DNA of 64,000 bases from Camelus dromedarius (GCF_036321535.1 NC_087436.1:74216001-74280000); one strand, 5' to 3'; shown: positions 12,595-25,723, counted from the stretch's first letter. Notes: generated from the sequence alone by a model not told the origin. Program-made: numbers and translations.

Positions 12595-13604
12595 GGGAAG
12601 GGAGGGAGTATAATCACCTGCTCCCTAGTTTGTTAGCTTAGAGATTTCCCACCCAACTGTACACGGTACATTATCTGAAGTCATTTAACCTGCTGACAAT
12701 CACGTTCTTGAAATATGCAGGTGAAATTGGACAAACAATGCCAGTGACCTCTTTAGCTACTCAAGTATTGGTCCAAAGGTTTAAAATAATAAACGTCAGT
12801 TTTCACTGAGTCCTGTTGACCGACAGTATCAGCAGAGTGTGGGGTTAGAAGAAGTGTAATCCTCTTGATGAATAGTTCAAGAGAATTACTGTTAAACCTT
12901 TGGTAAACATACTTTTTTTTTTAAAGTCATAATAACAATTTTAGAGAAACAGTGCAAATAATCGTTGTAAACTTAAGATTTATGCATCTAGTTAGCCTCA
13001 GTAGATTGAAATCAATTATGTTGTTACTAGTGCATCAGACAAATCATCTCAATATCTCAATTCATCATTTGTGATAATAAATGCAAACAGCAATATAGAT
13101 TAAGGTAATTCACTGCCTTGTTTTAGCTAATAGCTTCAACTTTCTTGGTGACCAAGGTTACTACCTGAGTGACCCACTGACACTGATGCTACCAAATAGG
13201 AAGGTGACCAAAGGGCCAGCAGCAGCAGAGGAGGAGGGGAATGTGGGGGTCCCAAGTAATCCACAAGCTGATACAGCAGCCCATAATCTGGTTGGCTGAA
13301 AGGACTTAGATGAGGGGTCTACACTTCGTGCCCAGTGGCTCAATTCAAGCCTCACTTGGGTTTACTGGGACTCGACCTTTGTGAGTAGAACCCCTGGATG
13401 AATCCTAGCACCAAGTGGTCTCCCAGGACTCCTTTGATTCATTAGAAATTGCCTGACCTCCCAGGGAGAGTTTTATATGTGGATGAATTTAAGCACCCTA
13501 AGAACAGAAAGTACTCAGGCTTGTTTTGATCACTGTAGGCTCTCTGGACTGCTTCTGTGAATGGGCAAGTTTTTTAGTACAAAGATAGGAAATATATTAA
13601 AAAT

Positions 13605-13720
13605 ATTCTAGAATGTAAACTCCAAAAAGGAGAGCATAGAGTTTGTTTTCTTCCTTGGCATTTCCCCAGGCCTAGAACAGTGCCTGACACATGGTAGATG
13701 CTCAGAAGATATTTTGGACA
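13605..13720 (+). mobile_element. L2 3' end
   Basis: ctagaatgtaaactcc...cctagaacagtgcctgacacatggtagatgctca. Confidence 0.75.
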
Positions 13721-14946
13721 AGAGAGTTTCTGACCTCGAGGGATTTAAAACCAAGATGAGGGGATAGGGCATGGTCAGGAATACCCATGACAAAGGTAGT
13801 GCTGTGGCTTGTCTCCAGACAGGCAGAAATCATTTAGAGGGGAAAGAGAGAGATTCTATCTGGGCTGATAGAAGTTTCATGATGGAGGAGAGGTATTTGG
13901 AGGAAAAAGGAGGAAGTGGAAAACAGAAACTGAAAATATAGGATAAGGGCTTATGCAAAAGACGAGTGTTAGAGGGAAGGTTGAAAAGTCATCTCTGGTA
14001 AGCATTAAAACCCTAAGAAGAGCATGAATCAATATGAGAGAGTTTGGAAATATTTGAGAATCAAAACAGAGCAGGTGCCCAACTAATGGTTGATAAATAA
14101 AAACTATTTCACAAAATCATCCCAGCCCCCACTTTTTTTCTGTTTTATAAATAATTACATTAATAATTACATTAATGAATAATTAATTAATTCTTTAAAG
14201 TAAGAATTTTAAGCCTAAAAGTTCTGTTCAAAGTGAAGAGATTATGAGAGACTCTGTAAATACAAGGAAAGGTTTATAGAAATAGTTTATCAGAACAATG
14301 AAGCTCTTTATAACATGCTTCCTCCTAATGTTTGCTTTCACATTAAATCAGTCACGAGAAGAACATGATATAAACTATACAAATGAGCTTTTCTTGACTT
14401 CCCTTTTTTATAAAAGAAACTGGTAATTTCCTAGGTCTCATTTTATTCTGTGTTTGGGAAAAAGTGAATTTACAGAAGGCTGGTAGGGAAGTTGAGGTGG
14501 ATGAAAAGGGTATAAAGGCAGGAGAAAATGACCAACAATAGGGAATGGCTCAATGAATGAATGAAACACCATGTTTTATTCATACCAAGATGTTATAGTA
14601 GAGTTAGGTATGAGTGAAAGTAACTTCATGATATATGATTTTTCAAAACAATAGCTACCACTTTTGAAATCTTGCCTTAAGTCAGGAACCCTGTTTACCA
14701 ATTCATGTGGCTTATCTCATTAATTCTCACTGCAGCACTGTGAGGCAGGTGCCATTATTAGCCCTGTTTCATGGAGGAGAAATCTGAAGCCTAGAGAGAG
14801 TAAGTGACTTCCTCTTACTTAGTTTATCTGTTTGACTCCTCAAACTCTTGGTCACCTCACTTTAATGCCTCTTTGTTACATGCCAAAAGATGGTTGAGGA
14901 GGTGTATATAGTGTGATCTCATTTTTGTAAAAAGAAAACATATATA

Positions 14947-15451
14947 CAGGTCTTCCTTGACTTAATGATGGGGTTACATCCCAATAAACCCATTGGAAGT
15001 TGACAATATCATAAGTTGAAAATGCATTTAGTACATCTAACCAGCCGAACATCATAGCTTAGCCTAGCCTACCTTAAACGTGCTCAGAACACTGACCTTA
15101 GCCTACAGTTGGACAGAATCGTCTAACACAAAGCCTATTTTATAATAGCGTTGAATATCTCATGTAACTTACTTAATACTGTACTGAAAGTGAAAACAGG
15201 ATGGTTGTGTGGGTCCAGAATGGTTATAAAGTTATCAGTCATTAATTCTGGTGATCATGTGGCTGACCGGGAGCTACCACTGCTGCCACTGTCCAGAATC
15301 ATGACAGAGTATCGTTCTGCATATCACTTGCCCGGGAAAAGATCCAAATTCAAAATTCAAAGTACAGTTTCTACTGAATGAGTATCACTTTCACAGCACT
15401 GTAAAGTTGAAAAATTGTTAAGTTGAACCCTGGTAGATCAGGGACCATCTG
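14947..15451 (+). mobile_element. Non-autonomous Tigger element (MER47/Tigger5 type), full length
   Basis: Degenerate TIRs CAGGTCTTCCTTGACTTA... / ...GATCAGGGACCATCTG. Preceded by TA. Internal catcatagcttagcctagcctacc. Confidence 0.85.
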
Positions 15452-15909
15452 TGTATCAATTTCATAATCTAAACTGTAAACAATGGTTACTTTAGAGAGT
15501 AACATGGAGGGAGCAGGGGTAAGACTCACTTTTCCCTTTCCCTTTATACACTTTCTTTATTTTTTTCATCCTTTATAATTAATGGATTTTAGCATATACT
15601 ATTTCAATAATTAAAAATAAAATTAAAAGCTGGTAAGGACAAAATTTATAAATTTATTATAGGAATTTGGTTCATTTTATATACATTTAGATCTATTGAA
15701 GGTTATTGGACATGTGTATAATTCTGGAGAGTAATTATTGAAAAAAGAGAAGATATGGGTTAGGCTCTGTTTACTTGTTTTTTGTTTTTGTTTTATTTTT
15801 TTCCCTTTTTATTCCCCTTCATCATCATTGTCATGCCGCAAGCATCCACTGGCATACAGCACTGGATAGAGCATTATTTTGCTCTGTTGGTTTCCAAAGC
15901 ATTTCATCA

Positions 15910-16085
15910 ACTTCTCACATAATATATCAGTTACTTGTTTATCACGTTTAGTGTTTGTTTCCTGCCTCCCCACTCAGCACCAGAAGAGCAAGGATTTCTG
16001 TCTGTTTTGTTGACTGTTACAGCCTTAGCATCTAGAACAATTTCCAGCATAAAACAAGTGTTGAGTCAGTTTATTGAATGAATTA
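15910..16085 (+). mobile_element. L2 3' end
   Basis: gagcaaggatttctgtctgttttgtt...ctagaaca...ttattgaatgaat. Confidence 0.7.
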
Positions 16086-16088
16086 CAA

Positions 16089-16642
16089 TTTTTAATAGAC
16101 TTTATTTTTTAAAGCAGCTTTAAGTTCTCAGCAAAACTGAGCAGAAAGTGGAGAGTTTCCATATATCCCCTGCTTCTCACTCCCTTGCAAAGCCTCTCTA
16201 ATTGTCAACATCCCCACCCGAGTGGTACCTTTGTTACAACTGATGAACCTACACCGACACATCATCACCCAAAGTTCATAGTTGACCTTAGGGTTTACTC
16301 TTGGTGTTGGACACTCCATGGAATAATGTTATGTATCCAACCTTGTAGTATCATACAGAGCAGTTTCACTGTCCTAAACAGCCTCTCTGCTGTGCCTATT
16401 CATCCCTCCTGCCTAACCCTGGCAACCACTGACCTTTCTGTTGTTTCCATAATTTTGTCTCTTCCAGAATACCACAGAGTTAGATTCATATAGTATGTAA
16501 CCTTTCCAGATTGGCCTCTTTCACTTCATAACACATATTTAATTTAAAGGTCTTCCATGCCTTTTCATGGCTTGTTAGTTCATTTCCTTTTAGTGCTGAA
16601 TAATATTCCATTGTCTGGATGTACCACAGTTTATTTACCCAA
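16089..16642 (-). mobile_element. L1MC-type LINE-1 3' end
   Basis: ttaatagactttatttttt, gtggtacctttgttacaactgatgaacctaca, aatattccattgtctggatgtaccacagttt. Confidence 0.85.
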
Positions 16643-16760
16643 TGAGTTATAATTTTAGACCAAAAACAAGGAGGTAAGAAGAACGCAACTTCTAAAAGAA
16701 TAAAATTGTTGCTTTGAAGGACTTTGGGAGTTGACGATTAAAGGGGTGGTGGTGGTGAGC

Positions 16761-17240
16761 ACGCAGGGGATCCTGAGTGGCTTTCCGATGGAAACCGAGT
16801 TCCTTCATCCCTTGGGCTAGTGTTTCCGAGCGCCCTCTGTGGGCAGGCTAGGGGCTGGATGCCCGAGGCTACGGAAACAGGAGGTGGCCCCTGCCTTCTG
16901 GGAGTTTATCGTGGGAGTGGGGTGTGGCCGCAGCCTGTTGGGCCGGCTCCGCGGGATCCCAGGCAGGGCTCCGGGGACTCACCCTGTGGCTGTCTCGTCT
17001 TTCTGAGCAGATCGAAGAAGGGGGCAAAGCGGACCTGGTGAGCTCCAAACTTCGGGCCGGGGATGAGGTGGTGCACATCAACGAGGTGGCGCTGAGCAGC
17101 TCCAGAAGGGAGGCCGTTTCCCTGGTGAAAGGATCCTACAAGACCCTGAGGCTGGTGGTGCGCAGGTAGGCGGGGCGTGCGCCCAGGTTCCTCCCCATCC
17201 GCTCCTGGAAAGAGCGTGTTCTTTAAACCTCGCCGTGGTG
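16761..17240. other. Small CpG-rich patch spanning the exon
   Basis: About 29 CpGs counted by eye in about 480 bp, against CpG-poor flanks. Confidence 0.6.
17011..17165 (+). CDS. SHROOM3: SHROOM3 internal coding exon (exon 2 of the long isoform), C-terminal part of the PDZ domain
   Basis: Translates to [51 protein letters not shown](R), close to the SHROOM3 PDZ sequence I recall (human [52 protein letters not shown]). It has a pyrimidine-rich acceptor tgtctcgtctttctgagcag|ATC, a branch-like CTCAC (A at 16981) and a donor CAG|GTAGGC. Length 155 nt, phase 0 start and phase 2 end. Confidence 0.95.
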
Positions 17241-18371
17241 ATCCTTCTGCTGCCCCCTACCCCTCAATTTTCCTTTTTTCCTTGCCCTTCTTGTGCCATG
17301 TGAAGACATTTCAGACATGACTGTCTGGTGAAACACTGGCTTCCCCAGCAGGTATTGGGCTGACGGGATTCCCCTCTCACTGTACTTCCTACATTTCCGG
17401 GACTGATGTAAAGTGGCCCTGATCCCGATGAGGTCAGAGCTCCGTGAAGTGTCCTCTCCTTGTGGGACTGGAGAAAGCGATGGGCTTGGAGGTTAGATGG
17501 CATTCCACTAGCCTCACCTCCCCCAGGGGGGTCATCAGAACAAGTGAATTCCTTCTTTGTTTTGTTTTGTTTTGTTTTGTCTTTCTTGTTGTGATAGTGG
17601 TGGTTCCTCTGCGGGGAAAGGTTTGGATTGTGATGCGTTTTAATGCCTTAAAGTAAGAAGTTGCCTAGTCCTGGGAAAACAGCTCATGGCAAAGGGAATT
17701 TCTTGTGAAAAGAGGGAGGGAATTAAATTTTTTTTTTAAAATCACACAAACCAAGCATTGCTGGAGATGTTTTATGTGTGTTAGTTCATAAGCACTAACA
17801 AGAATCTGGTGAGACAGCTATCTCTAACTCCATTTTAGAGGCGAGAGGTTAAGTGAGTTGCTGAAGGTAGCAGGGCTGGTAAGTGGAAGAGCCAGAAAAG
17901 AGTTCATCTAGATGCCCCTGGTTCCTTCACCAGCCACTGGAGTGTTACTGTGTTGACCTACTAAGTGTTGGGCCTACACATTTTGCTTATTGGGATAGTT
18001 CTTCATTAATCAGGTTTGAGCTGCCTCCCATGGCAACTACATGTTATCATATTTGAGAATGTTCTAGTTGGCTGAAACTTTAAGAGTCTTTAATCAAGCC
18101 ACTCCATTTGCAAGATGTGAAAAACAAGCTAGTCTTCTCATCATGCCTCAGACAGTCTCTTAGGGGACCATTCACTTCTGCATTCATTCATTCCTCAAAG
18201 TCTACTGAGTGAGCCCTTGCTCAGGGGAACTACCCCTCCTCCCAAGCATAAAAACAGCAATGGGTGTGGTCCCACCATGTCCCCAGGCTCTAGTGACTCT
18301 CCTCAGTGTGCTGGACTGTGTCTGGTTTCCCTTCAGGGCCATCTAACCAGACCTTGCTTCTCTGGTGGCCA

Positions 18372-18600
18372 GTGAAGCAGAGTGGCTCAAAGCATAGGCA
18401 CCAGAGTCAGATCAGACCTGGGTTCAAATTCTAGGGCTGCCATCTTCCAGCTGTGTGATCTTGGGCAAGTTACTTAGCCTTGTTGTATTCAGTTTACATA
18501 TTTTAAAATGGGGATTAGAATACCCACTTTACAAGGTGAATAGAATGGTTAAGTGAAATATTCTAGTGGTAACTCGTGGTAACCACAGATGCTGCTGCTA
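18372..18600 (+). mobile_element. MIR SINE
   Basis: gacctgggttcaaatt...tgtgatcttgggcaagttactta. Confidence 0.8.
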
Positions 18601-19009
18601 TTATTTATGTTATTATTGGCCAACTCTAGACATAAGCCCATTCTTTGTGAGTCAAGATTTGAGTAAAGCAAGAAGTCATCCCAAGCATGGTGGCCAGTTG
18701 CTCACACAGATGGGTAGGAAGGCTGAGAACCATTCGACCTGTTCCATGTGTCCAGAAAAGTGCTGAGAGTTGTGGACTCACTTTGATATTGAAACTCAAA
18801 GCCCAGCCTGAGAACACTGGCATTTATCTGTTGAGGACTGACAGCAGAATCTACGCTCCCGATGTGTTTTGCTGGGACTCTGGTGATCGATTAACCTCTG
18901 GAGAGGGCTGTCCTGTTTCCTGCCATGAAAAGTAGTCATGCTGGGTTCTGGTTATGCCTTCTAGTTGATAGTGACATGAGAGTTGAATTACTTCTTCTAG
19001 CAGAACAGG

Positions 19010-19200
19010 AAACAGACAGTCCTGGGGTTGAAAACTGGCCTTGTCACTTGCAAATTATGTGACTTTGGGCCCCTTTAAGCCTCAATTTTTCTCATTTATA
19101 AAATAATAATAGGAAATAATAATTCCTGCCTCAAAAGGGCAGTATGAGGATTTAATGTGTAAAGTATAAGTACATAGGAAATGTGCAATATTTGAGCATA
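19010..19200 (+). mobile_element. MIR SINE
   Basis: tgtgactttgggc...gcctcaatttttctcattta. Confidence 0.65.
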
Positions 19201-22200
19201 ATTATCCTGGATTGGGTTAGAAAGGCATGTGACAAATGGAATATTGCCATATTGCCAAACATGCTGGATGTCTGGTTATTGAGAAGTGTCCCCCAACTTT
19301 ATTCCGTTGGTGAATTTACCACTATTAAAGGGCTAGTCCCCAGACTTACAGGTGCAGAACTGATCATGACAGTGCCCAGGATCTCATGGAATTTAGGAAT
19401 GTTAATTCACATTATCTAAACTCACAGGAAATTGAAGGCTATACACCACAATGTCAAAGCATTAACTCATTTTGGAAAAGACAGCTCTAAGTGAAACAAG
19501 TATCCCACGTGGACGAAAACTCAGTATACTATGTTATCCCCACAGGAAAATGAAATAGGAAGTCTGACCATAATTAGGTCAGGAGGCTGCATGGTGCTCT
19601 CAGACTCAGGGTGAGGAGTGGTTTGAGGCTCCAGAGTGTGCGGGCATCCGCGCGGATGGCCAGATGGCCCATCTTTCCATTAGAGACCTGTCTGCCAAGC
19701 GGGCCAGACACTGGCACTGCTGAATCGGGGCCCTTTCCCCTCTGGACGGCAGGGAATCCTTCTGCCAAAGCGCTCCTCTCCAATCTCATTTCTTCTCTGC
19801 GTCCACACCAAATCCCTTTGTGATTGACACATTCTTTCTTTAGAGATGCTAATGTGATCGATAAGGTTACTGAAGAGTGCTTGCTGTCTATGCGGCTGCT
19901 GTGGGAAACATTTTGTCTCTAAGATGCCTTTTGAATATGTCTTATCTCATCGATTATGTGTTGATTTTTATAGTTGAACTCCCCGAGTTTGAGGACAAGG
20001 AGGCAGTCTTTACTTCTCACACATACTTAGCAATGAGGATTCATGAACATGCCTTGGTGGACATGGATTGACATTCCTCCCTTACCTTTCACAGAACTGG
20101 GTAGAAGCCCTTTTACTCTGGATTGATCTGACTTTGTATTTAATAGAGCTGTCTGTCACTTTCCGGAGAAGTCTTACCTTTATACCTTGGCACTTGTCAT
20201 GTCCAGAGATTTCATCTCCTTCCATTTGATTCTGACAGGGTGACTTGTGATAGTTCATTTACTAGCTTTCCTTTTTTTCCCCTAAATTATCTCTGTCTTT
20301 TGATGGAGGTGGATTCCAGGAAACGTAATTGGGGGGATCTGTTCCCTGGAGAAATCATTTGTGTAGTAAATATGTGTATACCAGGAACTCCATCTGTACC
20401 TGCCTCTTTTTCTCTTAAAGCTGGTTTTGGGTGGGTGAGGGTGACACCTCATGTCGGCAGCTTCCACATCCAACATAAATATGCCAAGAATGCGGAGCAG
20501 AGTGGAGGTGTTTACATAAGTTTTGAGGGTATCTTACCCAGTGACCAAAAACAATCAAAAGTAAAAACACCTTCTTAAAAGGCTACAGTGACAAGAGAAA
20601 TGCAAAGTCTCAAGTGAGTTGTGGGTCAGTGACCTTAGAAGGTCTGCTGACCCACAAAGAAGGCAAAGTTTAGTCCTCTGGGGGGAGGGAGTGAGGGGTG
20701 ATTTGGGTGCTGCAAGAACAGAGAATGTGTCTGCTGCCGAGTGCACAGGGAGGGAAGGTCTGCAGCTAGTGGGGGATAAACGGGGAGGAAATGATAAAAT
20801 AAGAAGGAAGCCAAAGAAAAGACCTTCAAAAAGAAAAACAAACATCTTCCAGTTGGAGGAGAAACCTTTGTGAATGCAAAGGTATAAAGTATGTATATTA
20901 GGAAAGCAGACATGTACACAAATAAGAGTCAATACTCTGAAATACTCTGAACCCTCTCTAAAATCAGCAGAGACTTTATTTAGATAGGTGTAAAATGCGC
21001 GTCCTAGAACCAGTAACCTTTAGAATGGAAACTAAAGACAAAGGAAAAGGTCTTCAGGTTTAATTTAAATCCCTGATGGTGATGTAAGGTGCTTTTAGTC
21101 CAAAGAGTACGCACTGCTGTTCAGAGATAACCTACAATTTAAATTTTAAAAATCAGAGGCTACATTTCTCCTTCAGAACAGGTTGTTGAGATTAATTGCT
21201 GTGTATGCGTCTAACCTCACGTTTTTGCCAGGAGTTGGGACTCAGATTCCTGTCCTGAATCAGATCCTCAGAAAGGCACTGTAACCAATGGATCTGTAAT
21301 CCCCATAAGGATGCCTGCAACCCCCATTTTTCCTGGCAAATCCAACCTCTCAGCCTACTGCATCAAGGTGCTGTTTTTGTCAAATACTATCCTACTCCTA
21401 AGTTTGGTATCAATGGTTGGCTTGACAAAGAAAAGTTTTGGGGTATATTTCATGGTAATTATTATTATTATTATTTTTGTTTTTTTGCAAGGCTCATGGA
21501 AGCCATTTGAAAGTCTGATTCATTCTTCCAAGGAGAAAGGATGCATGAGATGGTGAGGCAGGTTTGACCTGCCTGGAAAGCAAGTGATTTGATCTATTTG
21601 ATTCTTGCCTCAAAGGATTGTTGTGAGGATTAAATGAGAAAGATGTACGTTCAATATGTAAAGTGTGGTAATTAAAGCATGAACTGTCCTGAAAATAAAT
21701 TGCATATTTGTGAGTAAATTACTTCTTGAAAGAAGCCCATCTTAATCTCTAGAACATAGCATACAATAGGAGGTCCTGGTGAATGGGAAGGCTGGATAGG
21801 GAAATGGTCTTTCTGGGTACAGGAGGCACCATGTCTGATTCAGAACACTAAACAGAGGGTGGGAAAACCCCTTTTTAAAATGAAATCTTACTCTTGAACC
21901 TTTCCACCATCCCTGCAAATTTAATATAGCTTCTCTCCTTCCCATTCAATTTGTCTATGAGTTGATGTGTTGTAAGGGAACTTTTATTTTTTATTTGATT
22001 GAATGAATATGTGTGTGTGAAAAGGAAAAGGAGAAGTAAAAGTAGATCACATTTTATTGGGAAAAGTGAGATTGATGAGAGAGGAGGGTTAAATTAATTA
22101 AAAAACAAAACAAAACAAAAAAGTGCAACACTGAATAAGCATTTGCCTAAAATATGTGTATTCCCAGGCTCTTTGACTTGCCTTGTGTTGGAACTCAGAT

Positions 22201-23459
22201 TCCTGTCCTGAATTGAATAATCAGAATTAGTGGGGGCCAGAGTGAGAATCTAAGTCTTGTCACTTTCAGCCCATGGCTCTGCCTGGAGGTAGAAATGAGG
22301 GACCAGCATCCAGAGATGTGTAGTGGCTCCCCCAAGGCCACGTGCTAATGGAGCCAACGTGAGAAAGGAGGTCTCTGAGAAGTAGGTCTTGGAGCCTCTT
22401 GACATTTCAAGCAGTGAGCTAGTGCTTTCCATCCGGCTGCCTCCTTCATTTAGAAGGAGAAATGGACATATTCTCACTAAACAGAAATATTTGTGATTCT
22501 TAAAAAACAGAAAAAAAAAAAAAAAAAGAAAACCCAAATAAACTGAGTTTTAATTCACCCAGGAAAAACTTAAATGAGAGGCGATTCCCCGATTCCCCAC
22601 TGACCTTGAACTTCCTGGGGAGTTGAGAAGAAGTGCATTTCACTGCTTTGTGCCCCCAGCTTACTCGAGGCTCTCCATCAGCCTCTGGAAATAAAACTAC
22701 TTGTTGCCTTACAGCTGCTGCCTCCCTCCTAACACAAGTGATGATGAAATTAAGTTCACCACCACCCTTGGGCCCATGAATAGACCGTCCCACATTTCTG
22801 AGGGTTAGCAGAATCGTTCTTTTTATAACAGGGTGAGATGACATTATTGGAATGGAATGGAATGGGTGCTCACACATGTGCTACCTCCGTCTCAGGTTTC
22901 TGTGACCTTTTCACGTCTAGATTGAGTTGTGAGACTGTAACTCGCCAAGGATTTGCAAGTTAGTGATCTTGAAAGAAGTATCTGGTTCTGGGCGGAATGC
23001 TTTTAATATTATGAATTAAAAAGAAGGATTTTGCAAACCAGTTCCTTTTCCAACTCAGGGTTACAGTTTATGAAAGAACACAATTCCTTCGATATTATCA
23101 CTATCCCCTCCCCACATCCTTCACACTTTTTTGCCACCTACCTTCCCACCACCTGACAGATTCTATTCCCTTAAAAAGCATTTATATTCTTAAAGCATCT
23201 TACTCTGATTAACCACCTAATGTCTCTTTTTAACTATTTTAAAGCAGCTTAAAGAAACAGTTCATTAAGAGCTTTAAAAAGTAAATTGAGCAGAACTCCC
23301 CGTTTTTAAAGCAATGAAGTTTGAAGGGAGGGTTGAAACTTTTCTAGAACATAAAAAGCATCTAGTTTTTTCCCCCTTATAAATTTACAACCTCTAAACA
23401 AGGCTGCGTGGCACCAAGTTGCCAGTGCTCAGCTGTGAGGTGGTGAACAGCATGGGAAG

Positions 23460-23635
23460 AGAAGTCTGTGTTGTTAGGATTCCAATCGCAGTGGGGCTGT
23501 GTTCTGGCCGTGGTGCCACGAGCACAACTCAGTCTCTCTGAGACTAAGTTTCTTCTTAAAGTAGAGAATAGTAATAATATCTTCCCTGCCGAGTTGCTGT
23601 AAGAGTGAAATAAGATAGTGTATATGAAAATGGTT
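23460..23635 (+). mobile_element. MIR SINE
   Basis: ctctctgagactaagtttc...gttgctgtaagagtgaaataagata. Confidence 0.55.
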
Positions 23636-24232
23636 CATTGGAATAAAATAGAGCCCTTATTCCATGAGAAGCTTCTACCATACAGTCTCAGCTTATGAAA
23701 ATTCACCTGACTGCATTCTCTTATGATGGTTCTATTTAATGTGCTAATTTGACTTGTTTCTGTAAATGAGAACATAGGGTTTTAAAGTTCTGATTGTAAC
23801 CTTTTTGCTAAGAGGAAATGTTTTAAAGACAGTGCCAACTAGGCCCAAGTTCAGAATGGAGATTTAAAGAAAAAAAAAGACCATGTTTTCTGGAGAACTT
23901 GAGTAGGAAGGGTTCTGATTCTGAAACACATCAGAGCACCTTGGTGAGAGGCTGAGCTAAGGAAAAGGACCCTCCAACTGCAGAAGGGGGCTCTCAAAGC
24001 AAGTGTCTTTCATTTCCTGTTGCATTTTTGTCCCATTGAATTAAGTGGTTAGTTATGTGGGCACATGTAACACAGGCTGAGTGATTTGAAAAGGTCAGTT
24101 CTTTAGACAGCACAACATTTGGCCTTTGGGAAAATTATGATGTCAAAAAACAACTCTCTTGTGGGCAGGCAGGAGTTGAGGACAAATAGAAAAGGAACAA
24201 TAAACTTTTGATAGGCAATTGCAAAACCATTC

Positions 24233-24415
24233 TTTTTTTTTTTTTCTTTTTTTAACTATCTTCTTTTTTAAATGCTTAATTAATTTATTTATTGTTATTG
24301 TTATTGTTGTTGTTGTTGTTGTTGTTATTTTCCCTTAACGTAGACACTAGGGATTGAATCCAGGACCTCATGCAGGCCAAGTGCGCTCTACCACTGAGCT
24401 CTGCCCCCTACCCCC
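24233..24415 (-). mobile_element. Vic-1-type SINE with (TTG)n/poly(T) tail
   Basis: gggattgaatccaggacctc...gcgctctaccactgagct. Degenerate TSD aaaac(ca/tg)ttc at 24223 and 24417. Confidence 0.8.
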
Positions 24416-25723
24416 TAAAACTGTTCCTGAAGCTCCAGGTACTCACTACGTGCACATAGATGTGGCCTCCTCCACCTCACCTGGACACAGAATCCAAATT
24501 TGGAAGATTTTTGTCCCCTGTAAGTTCCAAGAATTGCCTCTCAACATATAAAAAGGAGCTCCATGCTGTGCTCTATGGCTAAGCCCTCTGTGGAGGTGCA
24601 GGTAGGGGCGTGTGAGTACCGGTGTCCTCCAAGGAGATCACTGAGCAGTGGTGGCAGCCAATATGGCGGCAGTGTGACTCTGACTCATGTGTTGGGAGCT
24701 TTTGACATCTCGAGTGATACTTCCTTTCTCCACATACCTCCCTAATGCTTGGGATGACCCTCTCAGCTGCTACTGCCCTCCACCATTACTTCACTTGTCC
24801 CTCACTCTTCTGCTCTCTGCGATTCTTCCTTTGAGCAAAGACTGGCTGATACCTGGGACATGAATACAAATCCCAAACTGCAGTACAGTCTGCATCCCAT
24901 CTGAGGACCCAGGATTAGACTTTCCCAGAGGGGAATCAGGCTATCTGAGAACTGTGGTAACTTACCCTTTCAACATTTTTTCCACTTGAGCAAGTGGTTG
25001 AGAGGAGGGGAAGGAGGCAGCTGCAGTGGCCTTCGACCCCCAGGAACGTTTCCAGGAGGCCTGGCATCATGGGAATTCGCTCAGGAGGCTTTGAGGAGGC
25101 ATTTCAATCCTGCTGAGATCATACTCAGAGCAGTTCTGGGCTTCCCTGGAGTCTTAGGTTTGAATGTCACTGTCTAGAAGTATAGTATCTGATTTCCTAA
25201 CCAGTTGTTCCTTCCCGTGGAAAATTCATGTAACACGTTATTAGGTTTCCTAAGAGGTATGCAATAAGACTCCCTTACTGTAATGAGAAAAGGGACATTT
25301 TTCCTACAACACATAATGATAACTGCTATTTCTATTCATTGGGTTACATATGCTCACTGGCTACGCAGTTAACACTGGCCCTACAAAGGAATGCCGTATT
25401 GTTCCCCAGGAAGGAGGTTTGATGATAAAAGACCTGGTTTCATTCCTGGGATAACATGGTTTTACTTCAGACAAATGTATTCCAAGCAGGAGTCACCAGT
25501 CCATGCCCAGTCATTAAGGAATGGCACTCACATATCTGCCTGAGCCTTTGTGGAGGATATGAAGTCTGAGTTCTGAGATCACACAAAAATTATGTGGAAT
25601 CATTTCCCCTAGTTCTAAATGTGGGCGTATTAGCTAAAATATATAAGTTTGGATGGATAATTCTGATTTAGGATATGAGTCAAACATTTGTAATTCTGCA
25701 TCCTTGCATCAAAGTGGCTTAAA

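Larger units (their letters stand above)
1..17010 (+). other. SHROOM3: 3' part of the SHROOM3 intron preceding the PDZ exon
   Basis: Ends in the AG acceptor at 17009-17010. No upstream coding exon is recognisable in the window. Confidence 0.8.

Noticed and set aside
16924..17010. N-terminal part of ORF 16924-17169 (MAAACWAGS...)
   Set aside because: It begins at a GTG, spans the branch point and pyrimidine tract, and does not resemble SHROOM3 exon 1. It is intron read-through.
1..17010. Orthologue of the human kidney-disease-associated SHROOM3 intron 1 enhancer variants
   Set aside because: Cannot be located without an alignment. As I recall they lie much nearer exon 1, outside this window.
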